Shown: positions 58,893 to 64,000 of the stretch, in pieces | Position numbering within the stretch: the first letter of the stretch is position 1 | Layout: the number at the start of each line of letters is the position of its first letter | Assembly (NCBI GenBank): GCA_963706785.1 | Contig: CAVPNJ010000012.1 | Coordinates: forward strand, 19,253 to 83,252 | Length of the DNA stretch: 64,000 nucleotides | Reading direction: 5' to 3' | Source of the DNA: an uncultured beta proteobacterium | GTDB taxonomy: Bacteria > Pseudomonadota > Gammaproteobacteria > Burkholderiales > Burkholderiaceae_B | The notes under the pieces: model-generated | Database searches by the model: none | The model's input: only the letters and a program-made list of their open reading frames with translations | What the model was told of the DNA's origin: nothing | Made by a program: the position numbers and the translations under genes

Positions 58893-59825
58893 ATGTTGCA
58901 TATCTCCGACGAGATGGTGAACGCCGTCGTGGCGCCACGCGATGCGCAGGAAGTGTTGCTTGCCGCCTTTCTAAGCTACGCCGATGGCGAAGCCTCGATG
59001 CAGAAGCGCATTCGAACCGAGACTGACGGTGTCAAGCTTTCCACGTTAGGCGCAGTAATTCCAGGCCAGGGGGTCGCCGGTGCAAAGGTTTACACAACGA
59101 TAAATGGCCAGTTTTCCTTTGTGATCTTATTATTTTCAGCGCAAGATGGGCGCCCGTTGGCTACCTTCGACGCAGCCGCCCTTACCCGTATACGAACCGC
59201 CGCCTGCACGGTGTTACTAGCAAAAAAACTAGCACGTCGCTCGGCCAAAACCATGGGCTTGTTTGGCGCGGGAATCCAGGGGACCGAACATGCCGTCCAA
59301 CTGGCGCACGAATTCGGACTTGAGCAGATACTTGTCTGCGATCCCTACGCAGCTCCCGATACTGCGAATCGGCTGGCGACGGCATCCGGCGCGTCAGTCC
59401 AGATGGCGACGGCCGATGAAACGGTGGCCAGTGCCGATATTTTGGTTACGGCCTCGCGCTCGACTATGCCGCTTTTTTCTGGCGAGCTATTGCGCCCGGG
59501 TGCGTTTGTGGCAGCGATCGGATCCAGCTTGCCGACGACCCGCGAGCTGGACGATGCCGCCATGGCGAAGGCGAAAGCCATCGTCATCGAATGGCGGCAA
59601 CAGTCTTTGGAAGAGGCGGGGGATTTAATCCTTGCCCACCCTGAAGCATTGGTCAGCGCAAAGGTGGTCGAACTTGGGCACGTGCTGGCGGGCGCCAGCA
59701 TATGCCGGCAATCGGAAGATGATGTTTTCGTCTATAAGTCGGTAGGGGTGGGGCTGGAGGATATCGCGTTGGCCGGTCATGCGTATCGCCAGGTGGCACA
59801 GCTTAAGGGCTTGGCATTGCCATAG
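58893..59825 (+). CDS. ornithine cyclodeaminase/mu-crystallin family protein
   Basis: 310 aa from ATG 58893, with AAGGAAG upstream. LTRIRTAACTVLLAKKLA..., Rossmann motif GLFGAGIQG, GAFVAAIGS, VYKSVGVGLEDIA. Confidence 0.88.
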   Translation: MLHISDEMVNAVVAPRDAQEVLLAAFLSYADGEASMQKRIRTETDGVKLSTLGAVIPGQGVAGAKVYTTINGQFSFVILLFSAQDGRPLATFDAAALTRIRTAACTVLLAKKLARRSAKTMGLFGAGIQGTEHAVQLAHEFGLEQILVCDPYAAPDTANRLATASGASVQMATADETVASADILVTASRSTMPLFSGELLRPGAFVAAIGSSLPTTRELDDAAMAKAKAIVIEWRQQSLEEAGDLILAHPEALVSAKVVELGHVLAGASICRQSEDDVFVYKSVGVGLEDIALAGHAYRQVAQLKGLALP

Positions 59826-59893
59826 CCGCAGGCCGGAACAAGCGCCTTGGCGCGGTGCCCCGACTGACGACTAACGGTACCAACCGGCAGCAA

Positions 59894-61043
59894 TCACTTC
59901 AGCAAGCGCCATTGGCCATCTTTGACGGTGATTAGTTCACGGCCCCGATCATCGAATCCACTGTGGTCTTCGGGACTCATGTTGTAGACGCCTTGCGTAC
60001 CCACCAGTTCATGCGTTTTCTCCAGGGCATCGCGCAAGGCGCTGCGAAATTCCGGGGTGCCGGGCTTTCCTGCCTTGGCTGCAATAGGGATGGCCTGCTC
60101 GAGTAGTAGGCCGGCGTCCAACACATTGGCGCCGAAGGTAGCAGGTGGGGCTGCCATGCATTGCGGTGTAGCGGGTAATGTAGTCTTGCGCTATCTTTTT
60201 CGAAGGATTGCTGTCGGCGATCTCTGGTAGCACCAACATAAGCCCAGCCGCCAATATGGTGCCTTCGACATCTTTACCGCCCAATTTCAGGAAGGCGGGT
60301 AAAGCGGCGCCGTGAGTCTGATAGAACTGACCTTTGTAGCCTTGCTTGGCCAGGGTAGCCTGGGGTAGCACGGCGGCTGTACCGGTGCCGGCAATCAGTA
60401 CCGCATCTGGCTTCGAGGCCAGAACTTTTAGGGCCTGGCCGGTAACCGAGCTGTCGGATCGCTGATAACGTTCGACAGCCACGATCTTGATGTTGTTTTG
60501 TGCCGCCAGGCCGGTGAACACTTTCAGCCAGTTCTCGCCATACGCGTCGTTAAAGCCTATGAATCCCGCGGTCTTTACCCCCGTATTTGCCATATGCCCG
60601 ACAATGGCCTTGGCGATAAGATCGTCGTTCTGAGTAGTTTTGAACACCCATTTTTTTTCGGGCGTCATGGGCAGAATAACGGAAGCGGTACCAACCGGCG
60701 ACAGCATGGGTGTGCCCGATTCAGCTATAAACTGAATTACCGCCATGGCGTTGGGCGACCCCGTGGGGCCGATAATCGCGTCGACCTTTTCTTCGGTTAT
60801 CAGCTTCTTGAATATTGTGACAGACTGAGTAGGATCGCTGGTGTCATCCAACGAAATGTAATCTACCGTCAAATCGCCTATTTTTTTCGGAAGCAGTGGT
60901 ACCGTATTCTTCTGCGGGATGCCTACCATGGCCGTGGGGCCGGTAGCCGATGTAACGACGCCTATTTTGACTTGGGCCAATGCGGGCGTGGCACCTATCG
61001 CACCGAGCAGCATTGCGGCGACGGCTATCGTTTTGAACGGCAT
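59894..61043 (-). pseudogene. branched-chain-amino-acid-type (LivJ/Leu-Ile-Val-binding family) ABC substrate-binding protein, one frameshift
   Basis: ORF 60009-61043 (signal peptide, VKIGVVTSATGPTAMVGIP...) continues in ORF 59894-60157 (PPATFGANVLDAGLLLEQAI...). The junction is at a gggg/cccc run at 60147-60150. Confidence 0.8.
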
Positions 61044-61309
61044 GGACGGTTCTCCGGTAGAGAGTTAAAAGATATTGCTGTAAATACTTGAATTTCGTTA
61101 CTGTATTTTAGACGGCCGCAATGGCTTGCGCGGTATGCTACTTGCGTTTTTTGCCCTGTAAACCTGAAAAAAGCACTAAAACTTTGAACTTTCAAGCGTA
61201 TTTGGCCTCTATATTGCGAGTTTACCGAATATCGCTTCAAGTATTAGCACTCCGCTGACCGGAGTGCTAATATTAGACTATATCGTTTTTAGCGAGGACT
61301 GTTCATCCG

Positions 61310-62192
61310 ATGGCTCATAGTACGCATTCTTTAGCCCTTTCCAACCAGCAGTTGGCCGTGGCTATTTCCAATCCCGGTGCTTTGGGCACGATCGAGGCCT
61401 ATATTAGTGCTGTCAATCGTCTGCCTATGCTTACACACGAGCAAGAACTGGCTTTGGGCAAACGTTTGCGCGATGAATCAGATCTCGATGCAGCCCGTCA
61501 GCTTATTACGTCTCATTTGCGGCTTGTTGTCTCGATTGCCCGCCAGTATCTCGGCTACGGTCTGGCTCATGCAGACCTTATCCAGGAAGGTAATGTGGGT
61601 CTCATGAAAGCCGTCAAGCGTTTCGACCCTGAACGCGGGCGTTCGTTTGGTGTCATTCGCCGTTCACTGGATCAAGGCTGAAATACACGAGTACATCGTG
61701 CGCAATTGGCGCATGGTGAAAGTGGCTACCACCAAGGCGCAGCGCAAGTTGTTCTTCAACCTGCGTCGTATGCGTCCCGATGGCCAGACGCTCGATCCCG
61801 AACAGGTCGAGTCCATAGCGCGCGAACTCAATGTGCGGCCGGAAGATGTCAGCGAAATGGAAGTTCGCATGTCGGGCCGCGAAATGGCGCTTGAATCTCC
61901 CGGCGACGACGACGACCACTACGCTCCGATCGCCTACCTCTCTGACGAAGGGCAACAAGAACCGTCCCGTATTCTTGAACGTCGTGCACTCGACTCCTTA
62001 CAAGGGTCTGGCCTGACAGACGCCGTCGAAAGCCTTGACCCGCGCTCACGCCGGATTGTTCAGGCGCGTTGGCTGCAAGATGACGGCGGGGCAACTTTGC
62101 ACGAGCTGGCGGCAGAATTTGGTGTGTCGGCCGAGCGCATTCGTCAGATTGAATCGGCGGCATTCAAGAAGCTGCGTATTGCCTTAGCCTAG
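61310..62192 (+). pseudogene. rpoH: RNA polymerase sigma-32 (heat-shock sigma factor) with an apparent 1-nt insertion; likely functional in vivo if the frameshift is an artefact
   Basis: ORF 61310-61681 (...[21 protein letters not shown]) and ORF 61647-62192 ([39 protein letters not shown], the RpoH box, then ...region 4 LHELAAEFGVSAERIRQIE). The junction is at a ggg run at 61637-61639. Confidence 0.85.
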
Positions 62193-62316
62193 GGCGCAAT
62201 ACCGACATAAACTTTTACACGGTTTATTTCCGCAGTTTGCGAACTTATCATCGGCGGTACGTACTAACCAATATAGGCCATTGGTTTGCCATGCGATGCG
62301 CGAGCCGTACGTCTAT

Positions 62317-62394
62317 CGTCCGCTTCGGCTTCTCCTCTTCCCCTCCCTTTTGAAGCGGATGTTTATGGGACACCTCCTCGGTGTCCCATTTTTT
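62317..62394 (+). ncRNA. candidate small RNA or 3'-UTR element: two hairpins with CU-rich anti-Shine-Dalgarno loops, the second being an intrinsic terminator
   Basis: Hairpin 1 has a 10-bp stem (62317-62326 / 62352-62361) and the loop GGCUUCUCCUCUUCCCCUCCCUUUU. Hairpin 2 is GGGACACC-UCCUC-GGUGUCCC (62367-62387) followed by AUUUUUU. CCUCCU lies at 62373-62378. Confidence 0.4.
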
Positions 62395-62554
62395 ATGCCT
62401 GCCGCATATTGTCCACCCTAGCCGAAATACGCAACACTAAGGCGTCGTTCACAAATTTCGCTCTCTAATAAGAAAAAAATATAGCCGATCAAAAAAATCG
62501 GTCGAAAAAGCGATATTCTATGCAGGCATAGTACGGTGTAGCAAGGAAAGCAAC

Positions 62555-64000
62555 ATGCAAATAGGGCATGTAGTGTTTGGCTTGGCCGGCTTGCTGGCCC
62601 TGGTGTCTTTCATGCCTGCACTTGCCGGGCGTCTTCGGCTGCCTTATTCAATACTGCTCGCCATTGTCGGGTTTGCTCTTGGTCTGATCATCCATGTCCA
62701 TAGCTGGGCGCCTTTGGTCATGTCCGACTTCCTGGATTCGCTGCAGCATTTCGAAGTTTCCTCCGAAACTTTTCTTTTCGTCTTTCTTCCCGTTCTCTTG
62801 TTCGAGACGGCTTTAGCCCTTAACGTGCGGCGCCTGCTCGACGATATTGGCCCTATCCTGATGATGGCCATTGTCGCGGTGGTCGTGTGCACCTTGGCGG
62901 TCGGGTTTTCTCTTGATGCCGTGTCAGGCTATGGACTTGTGGTGTGCCTGATGCTGGGCGCGATTGTGGCAACGACGGATCCTATCGCCGTAGTGGGCGT
63001 ATTCCGCGAGGTCGGTGCACCCAAGCGGCTGACGACACTGGTTGAAGGCGAGTCTCTGTTTAACGATGCTGCCTCGATCGCCCTGTATTCCGTATTGCTT
63101 ACTGCTCTGTATGGCGGAGTCGAACTCTCGGCGGGACGGGTGTTTTCCAGTTTCGTGCTTAGTTTTGTGGGTGGCGCGGTAGTAGGCTTTCTGATGGCAC
63201 GGGCTGCCAGTAGCCTATTCTTCTGGTTGCGAGGCTGGCCCACTGCGGAAATCACCTTGACGGTGGCGCTCGCCTATCTGGCTTTCTATATATCGGAGCA
63301 CTATCTGGGCGTGTCGGGTGTGGTTGCCACGGTCATTGCAGGGCTGGTCGTGGGTTCGACCGGCCGCACACGGATGTCACCGACAACTTTCGAGCAACTA
63401 TCCGGGTCCTGGGCGCAATTTGGCTTCTGGGCGAACTCTCTTATTTTCGTGTTTGCCGCCATGTTGATCCCGCGCATGATGACGGAGATCACTTGGATGG
63501 AGATGCTGCTAATTTTGCTTGTCTTCGTCGTGACGCTGGCGGCGCGCGCGGTAATGGTGTTCGGTGTCGTGCCCATTCTGGGCCTGACCCGCTTTGGGAC
63601 CAAGGTCAGTCGAGCCTACCGCGTCGTGATGTGGTGGGGCGGCTTGCGCGGCGCTGTGTCACTGGCCCTGGCTCTGGCCGTGACGGAACAGGACAATGTC
63701 CCTTACGAGGCGCGGCAATTCGTGGCCGTTATCACGACCGGATTTGTCTTGATGACTTTATTCATCAATGGCATCAGTTTGCGGCCGCTCATACGGCGTC
63801 TGGGCTTGAACGAGCTTTCCTCTTTTGACAGAACCTTGCGCAATCAGGCCTTGGTGGTGGCGCTCGAGGACTTGCGCGATAAGACGGACGAAATTGCTTG
63901 GAAAGAACATATTGGTGAAGATGTGCGCAAGCGGGTGCATGCCGTATTCGATGCGAGCCAGGCCAGCGTGGACGTCGGAGAAGTCAATCGTTTATCCCAC
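62555..64000 (+). CDS. CPA1-family Na+/H+ exchanger (NhaP-type), 3' end outside the window
   Basis: ATG 62555 follows AAGGAAAG, and the frame is open to the window end (482 codons). This ORF is absent from the ORF track because there is no stop in the window. Signature motifs: LGAIVATTDPIAV and LVEGESLFNDAASIALY. Confidence 0.88.
   Translation, partial: MQIGHVVFGLAGLLALVSFMPALAGRLRLPYSILLAIVGFALGLIIHVHSWAPLVMSDFLDSLQHFEVSSETFLFVFLPVLLFETALALNVRRLLDDIGPILMMAIVAVVVCTLAVGFSLDAVSGYGLVVCLMLGAIVATTDPIAVVGVFREVGAPKRLTTLVEGESLFNDAASIALYSVLLTALYGGVELSAGRVFSSFVLSFVGGAVVGFLMARAASSLFFWLRGWPTAEITLTVALAYLAFYISEHYLGVSGVVATVIAGLVVGSTGRTRMSPTTFEQLSGSWAQFGFWANSLIFVFAAMLIPRMMTEITWMEMLLILLVFVVTLAARAVMVFGVVPILGLTRFGTKVSRAYRVVMWWGGLRGAVSLALALAVTEQDNVPYEARQFVAVITTGFVLMTLFINGISLRPLIRRLGLNELSSFDRTLRNQALVVALEDLRDKTDEIAWKEHIGEDVRKRVHAVFDASQASVDVGEVNRLSH

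Noticed and set aside
62286-62468. 60-aa ORF overlapping the candidate sRNA region
   Set aside because: It starts with a non-ATG codon in the track, is Pro/Ser/Ala-rich, and runs straight through two strong RNA hairpins. An RNA-level explanation fits better.
1-64000. I searched for mobile elements, CRISPR arrays, phage or defence genes, and tRNA or rRNA genes
   Set aside because: I recognised no transposase, integrase or recombinase-like ORFs, no regularly spaced direct repeats, no cloverleaf-like sequences in the intergenic gaps, and no classic defence-system domains. The absence is based on reading by eye, not on a computational scan.

Overview
This 64-kb chromosomal stretch reads like a moderately GC-rich beta-proteobacterium, probably Burkholderiales and Alcaligenaceae-like. 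Supporting signs are several Bug/TctC-type binding proteins, the MFS-ssb and FmdB-DUF502-aspS syntenies, and a SorAB-type sulfite dehydrogenase. I recognise about 58 protein genes or gene remnants. I recognised no rRNA, tRNA, CRISPR array, transposase or integrase. In order, the window holds: MFS/ssb; a sugar-acid oxidation cluster (lactonase, Bug binding protein, two Gfo/Idh/MocA enzymes, a uronate-dehydrogenase-like enzyme, LysR, an aldose epimerase); a broken sulfite dehydrogenase; and a cyanophycin locus (DUF1854 plus ABC exporter, divergent from tandem cphA'/cphA). A housekeeping and catabolic block follows (aminotransferases, CoA-transferase/hydratase/Bug/GntR, gabD, ubiA, GMC oxidoreductase, aspS, EEP-clsB). 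Next is a roughly 14-kb accessory island at 45.4-59.8 kb centred on a GntR regulator. It ends in an eight-gene operon built around a CADD/PqqC-like heme-oxygenase-like di-iron protein with its own reductase and two ferredoxins, which is my best candidate for an undescribed system. The window closes with rpoH, a candidate anti-Shine-Dalgarno sRNA and a partial CPA1 Na+/H+ exchanger. About 19-20 single-base frame disruptions hit 10 genes. They are strongly clustered (0-2 kb, 9.3-10.6 kb, 15.3-19.4 kb, 60-61.7 kb), while 20-60 kb is clean. The junctions I could resolve by hand mostly fit one extra base that duplicates a neighbour, usually in a short homopolymer. Sequencing artefact versus real gene decay therefore has to be tested. 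All family calls come from motif recognition by eye; no searches were run. ORF-track coordinates include the stop codon, and mine do too.
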